From positions 72,664,001-72,728,000 of the forward strand of contig OX597824.1 in NCBI GenBank assembly GCA_951406725.2: a stretch of DNA of 64,000 nt. The letters run 5' to 3'. Of this stretch, positions 36,296-50,139 are shown piece by piece. Each line of letters starts with the position of its first letter. Positions within the stretch are counted from its first letter, which is position 1. The position numbers and the translations under genes were made by a program. The notes under the pieces are model-generated. The model searched no databases. It saw only the letters and a program-made list of their open reading frames with translations, and was not told the origin of the DNA. This DNA comes from Octopus vulgaris. Lineage: Eukaryota.

Positions 36296-36796
36296 GAACA
36301 TGCATCCACAATTACATTATCCAAGGTGTCCTTCCACTTTTAAGATGGCAAGGAGGGATTTGAGGAAGAGTTTGCAGTTATTTCTAGCAGGTTAAGTAAA
36401 CATGAAAAATCGTGGTCTTTACTAAAAGTAGCACCAGTATGACTGAGGGCAGAGAGAAAAGAGAGATGGTGGTGTGTGTGTGTGGTTACCTAACGCTACG
36501 GGAAATTTTTATCCAATCCAATATGTTACATGACTGGACCACAAAGATTCAAATTCTGAGAAACCAGCAGATCAAAAGGCCAGATGAACTCTGAAAAGGA
36601 TCACTGATTATCTAGCTGGGACACAGAAATACTCAAAATGGCCAATAAGCATGCTGTAAAACTACTTCGAGAGTGATGGACCCCTGGTTCTGATCAGAGC
36701 TTGTGTCTAGGGGAAGAGTTGGTAGGGCTTGTGGGTGAGTCCAAGAAGAAGGCTAGGTAAGTACATGCTGGGAGAGATAGATGTGATCAGTTTTAA

Positions 36797-37015
36797 CCTT
36801 TCATTACCAAATTTATTTTGAGATGCTCTGTTTCTTTCAATTAATTATAAATATAACAAAGAATTTAGTAAAATAACTTAGTCACAGTTTATGTCCCTAA
36901 TACTAGCTTAATGATAACTAAGGTTTGGTGGAAGATTTTAATTCAAAACTTATGAAAATAAGACATTTATACTACAGAGCCAGAGGTGGTTTCAGCCAGG
37001 TCGGTATAAAAAGGG
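36797..37015. mobile_element. piggyBac-type MITE family 2, inverted copy with internal micro-inversion
   Basis: TTAA flanks at 36793-36796 and 37016-37019. It is the reverse complement of 14690-14911 except for 36883-36916. Confidence 0.85.
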
Positions 37016-39231
37016 TTAAGGTGCTTTCTGACAGTCTGGGTTTCCAGCAGCTTCATAGGGCTAAGAGGAAGTACCAGTCATTTTGGATCACCTTTGCCAC
37101 AGTGATATGAGAAACAAGTACCTATACCACCACTAAATTTGGTAGATATCTCCTGTTGCAATGCAGATCATGAATCTTAGATGGTTGATCATGGTAGATG
37201 GGGTCTTGTGCACATCTTTGACAATGAAATGGGAAATAGTTGTTTTTTTTACTAAGGATTGCACAAGGTAATACTTGCAGTTCTTCAGTTAGTCATGTGA
37301 CTGCATAATCCATTACTACTGACCGTTAAGTACAATCATCAAAAGATCCACAATCAAAGAAGACAAAGTATCTTCAGTGACCGATGGACAAGTGACTAGA
37401 TGGACTTACTTGTTGGAGCATACATATACATGTAGATGTGTCTAGCTGGAGTAATTCCTGGATAGAAAACACGGAAAGTCTGGGTGAGAGACAAACATCA
37501 TATCCAACACCACAAAAACTGTTCCTCTTCTGAGTATATATCTACCTCTAATCACTTCCCTTTAAGCAAATGTGCAGTAAACAGTTGTCACCAGCTTGAT
37601 CTTTCATGACCACAATTATCCATCAATAGGTCATCGAGCAATTATTGACATCAGAGTTTGGGTCTGGTGATCTTTTTTGCCATTGAGGTACAAGGGAAAT
37701 TTGAACCTGGGTAAGCAGATTCAGTTCAATGGAACTCTAATTAATGCACATTTAAATCAAATTTGTTTTTATCAATTTACAAGCCATATCCTAATGTATC
37801 TTTGTCGTTCAACATGGTTGCATGTCTGTAACTACATTTCAATCACAAAGTTTTGAGTTCCAACTCATTCAGTGTCATCTTTGGCAAATACCTTCTCCAA
37901 GAGCCATGGGTTAGTCTGAGTTTTGTGAATGAAATGAAGTAGATTGGAAACTCATGTGAAAACCTGCTGGACTGTGTCTATAACTTTAAAAATCCAGTCT
38001 TGTTGCAGTCTCGTACTGATTCTACTAGAAGATTACATTAAGAGTACAAATATCTGAAATAACCAGCCATTTACATTTTAATACAATGAATAAGGCAATT
38101 AAGGTCATCAATAACTGAAATAATTTTTGTTGAAACCAAAGGAAAGTATATTTGTTGTAGCTCCAGATGTTATGGTTTCAGTTACCATCAGAAGGAAAAG
38201 GAATAAAGATATTAAAAGAAAACATAGATGAAGGAGAAAATTAATAAGCATCAGAGTTAAGGTTGACTATGGACTTGGGTGTGCCACATAGTATGGCTGA
38301 ACACAGCTCGAGAGTTACAGCCCGTCTATGAGAACCCTTATTTAAGCCTGAAAAAGTAAGATTACAGTAACTAGTTGCAGTGCAGCACCAATCCTGACCA
38401 AGTAGACCTTTGATGAAAGGCATTGTAGTCATGCAACAGTGTATCTAAAATTACACAATCTAATGTCCTTTCTTTTGATGATGGGGAATCATAGGGTGTG
38501 CCCTGAATATTTGGTTGCTAGGGAAGAGAACTCATTATTGGCTCAATAGTTAGCATGTCAATCTAACCAGGCTTGATGAAATGCCATACACATTAAAGGG
38601 TTGGATTCTACTCCTGCTCTTCTGCAGTATGGTTGCAGTATTCAACAACCTCTATAGCTGAGATCGCTCTGCTGACAAAGTGATACATGCAGTTTCAGCT
38701 CAGACATAGTCTTTATGATTAACTGTGTTGCAGTAGTTATTGTTTCCATAGATACACTCCACAGACAGCACTTTTCTACACCGCATTTATCATTCATTCA
38801 CATTGCAAGTCCATACAAACCACATCCAACTGACCACAACATTTCACTCCAGACTCAGCAAATTTTTCATATTCAATACTTAAGTCTCACTGCTATGCAG
38901 CATCACAAATTAAAGATATTTAGTCCAGTGTTCCAGTACTGCATTATTGATCAGTGAGGGTCTCATTAGCTCGAAGTGCTAAATTGAAATTTGTTGCCTT
39001 CATGTTGAGAACAAGGATGAGAAACTGAAGAGAAGTACGGGTAATGTAAGACAGACTGTAGCTAGTTTGGATGAAGGAAATAAGGACATAAGAATAGTTT
39101 CATGATTGACTGATACCTTACAGGAAGGAAGATGTTCGTTTCCTAGCTAAGTTCATTAGAACAAGATGTAGATGCATATGGTGTGTGTGCATGTGTTTAT
39201 GCATGTATATGCAAGTATGTGAGCAACATAC

Positions 39232-39548
39232 CTTCCTCTTATAAGAGTTCAGAGGGTCAAGAACTGATAATTTAGAGGGTGTGAGTGTAAGAGTAACAAA
39301 AGCAAGCCAGTATTCGGCAAAAAGACTGATACAGGTTTACCGACAGCTGTCAGTGACTGCTGTGCCAACTTGGGCTGGTCGCCAAGTTTTATAAAGTTGT
39401 TTCAATCCACAAATTTTGCAGGTTAGGAAGTCAAAGAGATGCCAGACTAACGGTCAGAAAAAAAAAAAAATCAGCAGTTTATATCCTGTTGCTGGTGCGA
39501 TGTATCTATGGCAAAGAGACCCAACTTCCAATAGATCAATGTACCTTG
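39232..39548 (-). other. Candidate exon (5'UTR/lncRNA-like)
   Basis: Branch-point-like TACTAAT, acceptor CCTATTTACAG|C and donor GGAAG|GTATGT in unique sequence. Stops occur in all frames. Confidence 0.5.
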
Positions 39549-42500
39549 CTGTAAATAGGACTATTAGTAAAATGTATGAATACACACAAATACACAAAGT
39601 TGCTACAAATATCTTAGTTAATTGTGGCAACTTTAAGAACTTCAGTTGTGTATTGTTCATGTGTGAGTGAAATGTGAAACTGATATGTAATTCCATCTTA
39701 ATACTTTTGAAAGACATTAGGTTCGATGTCTTCATTAAAGAACTTTTTCAAGGACTAGATTCATTGAATCAATGTTGGTTCATTACAAGTAGAATATTAA
39801 CCTTTTAGCATTCTGATTACTCTGTCAAATGTATAATTTATTCATTCACATTGTTTTGAATTCAACATCATCATCATCACTTAACGTCGGCTTTCCATGC
39901 TAGCATGGGTTGGACGGTTCAACTGGGGTCTGGGAAGCTAGGAGGCTGCACCAGGCCCAGTCTGATCTGGCAGTGTTTCTACAGCTGGATGCCCTTCCTA
40001 ACGCCAACCACACTGTGAGTGTAGTGGGTGCTTTTTATGTGCCACCGGCACAGGTGCCAGGTGAGGCTGGCAACGGCCACGCTCAGTTGGTGCTTTTTAC
40101 ATGCCACCAGCGTGATTGTTTAGTTTTAGAAGGACATTGCTGAGTAGGTGTGTAAGACAGGGGCTGGAAAATTTCAGCAAAAAACAAGCAGAATATTTAG
40201 GCCAGATATGGTTGGTTTAAATACTAAAGGGTTAAAAAAGAATGAAGATGATGACAATGCCATGGTGCATTATTAGAAGTAACAGGAGTAGGTTGTTAAT
40301 GTACAGATGAGAGATGTAAGAGACCTAACCAGTGTTCAGGGGTAAACAAAAAACTGCTTGAATATAGGTTAGAGTCCAGTCAGAGAGCAAGTTGAAAAAA
40401 AAAATAGCAAACACACACATACCTTTACTAATTGGGCTTACTAGCTTATTGTTCATTTGTACCTTTATGGCACCACGGGGGTGGGGGAGGGAAGCAATGC
40501 AAAACTGGTTGGTTGTTGCCTAGAGAGAAAGACAAATCTTAACTGTGAAAACCAAGGACTGGGTGACCCAGTTAACCACATAACTAGTGTCACTAGTGTT
40601 GGCTTATAAATAGGAACATAAGATGTCCTACAGGTTGGGGACAACAATGTCAACAATGAGTGGGCCTGAATGAGCACAGTTGTTTAACCCAAGCAAGTCC
40701 TGATTGAGCAAACCAAAGATCAAAGGCATTCCAGTATGACTATTCTGCCTTAAGACAGTGTATTTAGGATTACACAATCCATCCTATGTGCATTCCTTTT
40801 ATAAGATAGTAGGGTGCAATGATGGAGTTTGGGCTTCTTTTTCTAATACTTCATATTAGCACATTGAGGCTCTCTCATTGTCTCAACTCAGCATTTCAAC
40901 TTTCTAAAAACAACCCAAATCACCCTCAAATTAGACCTTACAGCTTTAAAAAAAGGATACACTGGATCATGTAATCCAACATATACTATATCTGGAATGC
41001 TTTTCATCATAGACCTATTGCTGGTTCAGGACTGCCCCAAGATCTAAACCTCTTTCTCAAGAGATTTGTGCCCCTAATCTGGTGATATTACCAAATCAAG
41101 CAATCACTGAGCCATTAACGAATAAGACATACAAAAGTATAAAACCACTTTTTCCTTTGCAGATATTTATTCTCCAGAGAAGCTAAAAGAATTTTTTATC
41201 TTTCCAAACTGCTTGTATCTCAAGGGCATCTAAATTAACATTTAGACCCCAAACATCCCCATCATTTAATGTCCGCTTTCCATGCTGGTATGGGTTGGAC
41301 AGTTGTGAGGAGCTGGCTAGGCAGAAGACTGCACCTTGCTTCGCTGTCTGTTTTGGCATGGTTTTCATGCCTGGATGCACTTCCTAACACCAACCACTTC
41401 GTAGAGTGAACTGAGTGTTTTTTACATGGCACCAGTGCAGGAGAGGTCAGTTTTGGCATGGCATTTTACAGTTAGATGCCCTTCTAAATACCAACCACTT
41501 TACAGTGTGGACTAGATGCTTTTTATGTGGCTTTTTTAAAAATAATTCAATTTCTCTTTCATAAATTAACTGACATGTTTCTGATGTAAAAATAATGTAA
41601 GACATTATACACCATAATTTCAAACAGGCCAATTGAGGTGAAGCAAACCAAATATTTATCATCTTCTGGGTGAAGAATTACACTCTTGGATACCTTTATG
41701 TATATTTTGGTCACCAACTAAACTGTGTAATGCTAAAATTTAAAATTTAATGTATGCACCTAGAAGATCAACGATATTTTGTTATATAGTGTTACAACAA
41801 AATTTCTCATGAGATAGACACATTATAAGCACCAATTTGAGGCAGAAATAACAGGATTCACTGGCAGGACTTAGACACTATCTACTGCCTTTATCAATTA
41901 CACTACTCAGCATTTGCTATTTTATCTCTTTAATTAAGGGATTATAAATGGTTTCTGCTATTTCAATTCCACAAAACAAATATGGTCATCATTTAGCACT
42001 AGCAGGAGAGAAGGGTATTTTACAGAAACTGTTTATGATTTTGGCTCCATTAGTGGGCCTGACTACATTCTTCAAAGTGTAGTGAGAATTCTTACCCTCA
42101 CAGCCAGTCTACTGTACAGGTAAGAAGTTTGCTTCCAAACCACGTGGTCTTGGGTTCAGTCCCACTGTGCAGCACCTTGAATAAGTGTCTTCTACTTAGA
42201 AGTCCAAACACAACCAAAGCCTTGAGAACAGATTCAATCGACAGAAACTGAAAGCCTGTTGTTTATATGTTTTTGTGAGTGAGGTGTTTGTCCCCACCAC
42301 TGTTTGACAACCAGTGTCAGTTTGTTTAGATCCCCCATAACTTAGCAGTTTGGCAAAAGAACCTATAGAATAAGTAGTTGACTTAAAAAGCAAGTGGCAC
42401 CACTTTCAAGGGTTTGACTAAACCCTTGAAAGTGGATAGAATGAAACAAGTAAAAAGATATATTTTTTTTCTCTGGATGCAAATAAACCTATAATATATG

Positions 42501-44809
42501 CTCCTTTGCTTCCCAAAAGTCAAAAGGACCCTACCAACATACTCGTCCTGGACAAAATCCCTCGACTATGTTTTGCATCACATTCATTTAAGTTCTGAGT
42601 TTAACCCCCATCAAAGTCAACATTGCTGTTCACAATTCAGGGACCATAATTAAACAAAGAGTAACAAACAGCCAAGTACTGGCTTCAGTTTTGATCTTGA
42701 TTGTTTGTTCCTTCTACCTAAAATAGAAGTATGGCCTTGTGATGAAGGTGAGAGGAGGGGCAATTTTTTCTTTTTTTTTTTCCTCTCTGTAGGATGATAG
42801 TATTTGTACAAGGTAAGCAGTACATGTGGATTCACTTCCACCAACCTAACGACTAGTTTTCTACTATCATGCCAACAGGATGGAGGAAGGAGGGAGTGCT
42901 ATTGTTGTGCTTTATCCACCACCCTCTCCCCTATGGATCTTCATTTTATCGTTATTTTACTTTTCTTTATTGCCATAACTAGATTTACAAGGTAAGGTGA
43001 ACAGAGAGTCAAATGACAAATACTTCATGCCACCTCAGTATACTAGCACCAACACCTTAAAAACAAATCCTCAAGCTGGAGGACAGGTTTATTTATTTAT
43101 TTTTATTTTTTTAACTTTTTTTTTCTGAACATGGTTGTGTGGTGAGAAGTTTCCTCTGGGTTCAGTCCCACTGCATGGTACCTTAGGCAAGTGTCTACTA
43201 TAGCCTCAGGCCTACCGAAGCCTTGTGAGTGGATATGGTAGATGGAAACTGAAAGAAGCCCATGATACATGTCTTTGAGTATGTGTTTATCCCTCACCAC
43301 TGATTGATAATTGATGTTGGTGTTTACATCCCTGTAACTTAGCAGTTCAGAAAAAGAAACTGATAGAATAAGCACCAGGATTTACAAATCAAAAAGTAAC
43401 CCTGGGGTTGATTCATTCAACAAAAATTCCTCAAGGCATTGCCCCAGCATGGCCACAGTCTAATGACAAAGAAAGAAAGGTGTGTGCATGTGTGTCTCAT
43501 ATGTTCATGTGTGTGTGAGTATGTCATACACACACACACACAAATCAAAGTGAAAGAGCAAACAAAATCCCATCTTGATTACATAGAATTATGATTGATA
43601 AAAAAACTGTTTTTATTTATTAATAAAATTCAGACCTTGGGGGAAGAATAAATAATAAATATGTTTACTAAGATAATTATTACTGTTGTAACAATTAACT
43701 TAATTAGTGATGTTAAGATAAAATAAATAAATAATAAAAAAGAGAAAAAGAGAAAAAGTAACAGTAAAAGAGGGCAAAGGATAATTTAGCAAGTGAATAA
43801 TTACTGCAAAAAAAAAAAAAAATGTATACATATATAGATATGCAAAATTCCATTGCTATTAAATACTGTCATGAATTAATTAGGATTAAGAGTAAATATG
43901 AAGTATATGGCACATGGCCAAGTGATTACGAGATGTTTGTTTCACTGATGTCCCCAAGTTTGATCTCACCACTGATTACACAAGTTTGACTAACTGGCAC
44001 TTAATAGCTGCCCTACTCAAACTAAGAATTTCTGTCTTTTTCAAAAGGGACTATGTTTTGCTAGGAAGAGATATCAACACATTGAAGAGAATATGATAGC
44101 CAACAACTACGAAGCTGACAGTACCTGGAAATAATACATTCCAGTAGATAGAACCTTTGTAAGTGATTGCTCAATCTGTTGGGGAAAGCAGCCAAACTTC
44201 CTACATTACTGTCTTAGAAAAGGAACGTCACTTTAAGTAATATATCATCATCATTTAACATCTGTTTTCCATGCTGGCATGGGTTGAATTTTGACAAGAG
44301 TTTGCAGGTGTCTGATTTGACATGGTTTCTATGATTAGATGCCCTTCTTAATGCTAACCACTTTGCAGAATGTACTGGGTGCTCCTTTACGTGGCACCTG
44401 CACAGATGCTTTTTATGTGGTACCAGCACCCATGAACTTCCAAGGCCAGGACCTCTCAGCTGAGAGAGGGAGTGGATAGTTTTATATGGAAAAAAAAAAA
44501 AACCTTTTTCCACAGCTGGAAAGTCTTTGCTCACAAGGTCTGTTCAATTAAAGCTGAACTGGGATTAAACAACATCAATTTTGTTTGTCAGTGAGAATTA
44601 GAAAATATCACTGTCATGCAAGCAAATGTTCATTTCTAGTCTCCCATGAAAAATATGTGTGGTCATGGAGAAATATTACTTTGTTTTGAAACAGGTGAAG
44701 ATCTGCAACAGCAAGGGTATCTGACCATAGAAAATCTGCATCAGCAAATTCTGTCTGATCCATGCAAGCATAGAAAAGTAGATGTTAAAACGATGATGAT
44801 GATATATAT

Positions 44810-45109
44810 ATCACGTGACTGACCAGGCTATCAGATGTTGTTACACATTGCTGGTCACAATGCGCTTCACATTGTTTTAGCTTTCAAATGACACCATCCC
44901 ACTGGCTAAGCGAGCAGGCCAACAGAAGAAAGAGTGAGAGAAAGTTGCAGTGAAAGAGTACAGCAGGGGTCGCCAGCAGCCCTGCCGGAGCCTCGTGGAG
45001 CTTTTAGGTGTTTTCACTCAATAAACACACACAACACCCGGTCTGGGTATCGAAACCGCGATCCTCCGACCGTGAGTCCGCTGCCCTAACCACTGGGTCA
45101 CTGCGCCTC

Positions 45110-45110
<1 letters not shown>
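44810..45110 (-). mobile_element. tRNA-derived SINE family D (tail type 3)
   Basis: Head and body are shared with 22160-22545, but the 3' segment is unrelated. Confidence 0.85.
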
Positions 45111-45181
<71 letters not shown>

Positions 45182-45242
45182 ATCAACTGTCTCCACAGTA
45201 GCTACCACCCGCTGCTGGTGATGCATTGAGAGCATTACTCAC

Positions 45243-45440
45243 TTGCAGTTAGTTGTTGGACTATTGTATGGCAAGACATATCCATGAGCTGGTCAGCCTG
45301 CATACATTGTCTCATCAGTTGTAACTCGTTCCAAGAGCTCTCATACATTAAACCCACAGCTGAAATGTCATTACCATATTGATCCACGCAGAGAAACAGT
45401 TCCCAAACACTTTTTACTCACAGCACAATATTTTGATGTT
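45243..45440 (-). other. Candidate exon (5'UTR/lncRNA-like, carries start of a spliced small ORF)
   Basis: Acceptor TTTTCACTTTATGCATTTAG|A, donor GCAA|GTGAGT. Unique sequence between a SINE/microsatellite and AT-rich DNA. Confidence 0.45.
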
Positions 45441-48323
45441 CTAAATGCATAAAGTGAAAATTATACCAAAATAATGAGCATTTATATATTTTAGTCTACA
45501 AATACGTAAACAATTATTAAATGCTATTTTATTATTTCAATAAATTAACCAGCTATCAAGAGTTTATATTTAGAATTTAAGTTTACATTTTGCTCTTTTT
45601 TTTAAAAGAAATATGATTTTAATATTATCATGGCTTTTCTCCATTTCATTGAACACCAGGGTATTGCAATGCACCATTTTGTGAACTGCAGACATAAGGT
45701 CTGACCTTGAGAGAGAAATCAGATTAGGGGAAGCTAAGGGAAGTAATTTGAGTAAAAAGAAAAAAAAATGGGAACAAGAAGGAAATAACAATTAGACTGG
45801 AAATAGTACTTTACTCAAGAAAAATCTTAAAATGGGTTTGTTGGTATTTTATACAAATTTTATACAAATTTGAGTGAAGGAACTAAAGAGGGAAAACTTA
45901 TGTGCCCAATACGTCGCTTCGTACGATAAAAGCTAAGAGGAACCAGGACTAAATTCCATCAAGTATTCTATCTCACAGAATATGGTTTCTGTTAACTGCA
46001 GACCTTGAAGTACTGCATCATTGATGAAGAGAGTTACTTACATTAACCTGAAATGCTAAATTCAAGTTTTTTTTTTAAGAAGAAGAACTAATACGGAGAA
46101 AGTAGAGATAAATTATAAACCATGGCTAGTAGTTTGATTGGATGGTGGAGAAGAAAGGACATGACAAAAGTATGATGGGAAGATAGTTTGATTCCAAGCT
46201 AAGCCAAGGCTAGGTAAGTGGCAGCTATGTCTGCTGCAATGGTAAGAGTGTGAGTGAAGAATCAAGACAAAAAATATATAGTAAGGCTGCTTAAATCCAG
46301 TATTCCACCATTTCTCTAAACTAGCTGCCATGGAGTTCTGTATTATTGATCAAAGTTTCATCTTGCAGTACTAAATTCAAATCTGTAGTATGGTACTTCA
46401 CCATGCTCACCTACTCTGGATGCTACAACAACCAAATTTGAAATGAGACACATCAGACTACTTTCTGAGTAACATTGCCAGTTTTAGGTTTAACCAAGTC
46501 GTAACAAGACAAAGAACCTTCTTTGTGATCATTTGACATGTTGAAATAATAGCTAAATTTTTCTCAAATTACAACCAACTGCCTTGAAAAGAGACATTAA
46601 CTGGATTAATGCCCAAGAGAATTATGGGATAATGGGATAATCATAACTGAGACACCTTTGGTTATGGATATGTTCAGTCAGAGCTATCCTGAGGTGAAAC
46701 AACAATTATAACCGAACATCATAAAAAACTTTTGCACAGCCACTCAACCTGCTACAATTTTTTTTTATTTTTAATAGTAGCCAATTCTTCAACTCCTTGC
46801 AATCTTGAAATAAATAACATCTTGGAGAATGATATAGTGTTAGATGCACAGTCTGAGAGCAAAAAAAATAAATCAGATGGTCATGGCTGAACATAAATTT
46901 GCTTGACTCACCACCACCTGTAGATCATGAAAAGATGTAAAAGATGTTCTGCAGAGACAACCACAGAAGAAAAAAATCTAATTTGTAAGAGTACTCACTC
47001 TACACTACCTTAATGGAGTTTTTAAGGAGGCTCACTGAACTTAACAAAATAGAAATATTCTGCATCTAGCTGGCTGGTGATTTAGGGGATTGTATTTCTG
47101 AGTTAGGGCAGGTATGGCTGCATCTTTAAGCAGTCAACTTCATAACCACATAGCTTTAGGTTCAATCCCACTGCATGACATTTTGGGCAAGTATCTATGA
47201 TATATCCTTAGATAGACCAACAATGTGAAATTGATAGATCAAAAGCATATGGAAACATGTTGTGCATGCATGTGTGCATGCGCATGCATTTGTGTGCATG
47301 CATATATTTTACATTACTGTGGAAGTAATGTTTAGGTGTCCAATAAACAAAATATCTGGCAATATTTTGATGTTGCAAAGATACAGACTCAAAATAAGAC
47401 CTGGCATCAAGTATTGCATCTATGTGTAGGACACTGCCCCAATAAACCTTGCCCAACACATGTCAGCATGGAAAAAGTAAAAATACAATGTTAATGAAGA
47501 TAAATATCATTAGTTGAATGGCATTAAAGTCATTTTTTTTTTAAAGAATCTAAATTTTGAATCCTGAATAAGATACATTTATAAACACCTAATTTTAGCA
47601 TGTAGAACTAGTTAGCAAATGTGACAGCATATCAAACTGCAACGTTGCTTTGACAACACATCAACTCCAATGATCAGTATCTTGATTTAGCCAGTGAGTC
47701 AACAGTATCATGAGTGACTATACAAAGAACTCATATGAAAAAATATAGATTTACCACATAACTGCAGAAACTAATTTTGGGACTTGGTGTGTGTGTGTGT
47801 GTGTGTGAAAAAAATTGAGTTAGTCTACCTTAGTATTTGATTGGTACTTATTTTATCACCTACCTACACCACAACGGAATTTAAACTTAGAACAAAAGGA
47901 ATAGAAATGAAAATAAAATTTGTCCAATGACATGGGAAATTGTTCTGCTTAGATATAGCTATAGGTGTAGGAGTGGCTGTGTGGTAAGTAGCTTGCTTAC
48001 GAACCACATGGCTCCAGGTTCTATCCCACTTTGTGGCACCTTAGGCAAGTGTCTTCTACTACAGCATCAGGACGACCAAAGACTTGTGAGTGGATTTGGT
48101 AGACGGAAACTGAAGAAGCCTGTCATATATATACAGCTGTCAGATATGATATAATTATATATTATATTTTTATATTTCTATTTCCTTGTCTAATTATATT
48201 TACAATATATTTTGTATAATGCCTTTGCTGTTATGTAATGGTGTAATAAAGTATTGATTGGGTATCATCTGATGGTTGATGTTTGATTGATTTAAGTATG
48301 TTTCTCCATTTTCTAATTTTGTA

Positions 48324-48366
<43 letters not shown>

Positions 48367-50139
48367 ATATATATGTACGTGTGTGTGTGTATGTTTGTGT
48401 GTCTGTGTTTGTCCCCACCAATATCGCTTGACAACCGATGCTGGTGTGTTTACGTCCCCGTAACTTAGCGGTTCAGCGAAACAGCCCGCTAGAATAAGTA
48501 TTAGGCTTCCAAAGAATAAGTCCTGGGGTTGGTTTGCTTGACTGAAAGGCAGTGCTCCAGCGTGGCCACAATCAAATGACTGAAACCAGTAAAAGAGTAA
48601 TATATAGTCTTTTTCTCGTGTTTGTTTCAGGGTACCTTCTATCCTTCTTCCCGCTAGTATCAGAGACCCTGTAAAGGGGTAATGGACACTGCCTACCTCT
48701 TGTTCAAACAATCTACTTTTATCACAATTAACTCACTTGGATACTTCAAACTAAATGTCTTTAATACCAAGACGCTCTCCTCATTTACTCGTGTCCTGTC
48801 TTTCATACAAGCTAACAATACACATCCAATGCCTTTATTTCACTTAATTTTGAAGATAAGAAAGAATTTAATAAAATAGCTTTGTCATTAAGCTGGTTTT
48901 GGGAGAGAAACATGAAATTTTGATAGGTTTTTATTTAGATCACTTTAAAACAAAATTTGCATCATAAAACCAGTCAAAAGGGTCAATATACTGAACTATA
49001 TATTCTCATATAAAACAAATGCTTTGTAGGCACAAAGCCACAGTAAAAGCAACCCTCATTGCATATTTATTTCATTGAGCTCAGAAGGATGAAAGACAAA
49101 TGGAATTTGACAAGATCTGAATTCATAATGTAAAAAAAATGTGATGTAACTGAACACTGCACAGCCTTTTGTACTATGTGCTACCAGTGTTGAATATGTT
49201 ATGATGATGGCTGCAACTTAGTTTTGAGAAATGCCACCGAAACATGACTTTTTAGTCCTGCTTGGGACCCATTCTCTTTTGCACATGATAGGTACATCTT
49301 GCAGCAGGTGTTTTGAAAGCTTGACACATGCCTTCATTCCATCAGGGAATTTTTCATTGAGTGTTTTAGTGTTTTGCCTTTTTTTTGACTACAGCCAGCC
49401 ATAGCATACAAAATATAACGGAGGCATTAACAGCAGTTAGAAATCAACTGATGCCTCTGCATGAAGCTTTTTAAAGTGAAGAATAGCTTTGCACAGTGCA
49501 GCACTAATCCCAGTCTATAAACAGTTGTTTTAGTCAAAAAAGAAGTAGTCTACATCATAGGTGTAAACAAAGTCACAGGTGTTACACTAGTTTTCCATCT
49601 AGAGTGGTGTCTAAAAGACTAGGGATCTGTCACTTCTAGTTGCTGGGTGACAATTGACTCTTCAGTTCATCTACCCTTTTGGGAGGTTTTGCTTTTCATC
49701 CAGCAGGATATCCAACAAAAACCACTCTCCTTACCAAGCAGGCTTGTCAGGGTTGCCAGTTTAGTCATCGATGGCCCAACCATAATTTAGGTTGCACTGG
49801 GTTACATGCTACTAATAGCACTAAGTGTGACCAGACACACAAGCCAAAATACAGAACAAAATTTTAAATTATTGCATTGATTTTTCTTTCTCTTTCTTTA
49901 CAACTTTGGATATTTTCCAGTAGGGATTGAAAGAAAGTTATGGTTAAGCTAAGTAAACTCGGTAGAAAATGAAGAAATCAAAATTGTGTAACTAAAAGGA
50001 AAATTATTAATCTATAAACTCTAAAATTTGAAACAGCTATCATTCCTTTGTTAACATGGAGATCAAGTATTCATTTACTTATTCCTCCATTAGTGGTAGT
50101 GTTGCATCACTGAAAAGTGGGTCATCAAGCCTTCCTTAA

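Noticed and set aside
35713-36363. Six overlapping 100-203 aa ORFs / apparent CRISPR array
   Set aside because: Produced by a stop-free minisatellite. Spacers are low-complexity and related to each other, there are no cas genes, and the context is eukaryotic.
36590-37740. Possible decayed Penelope/LINE reverse-transcriptase remnant
   Set aside because: No motif could be read with confidence; needs a tBLASTn/HMM search.
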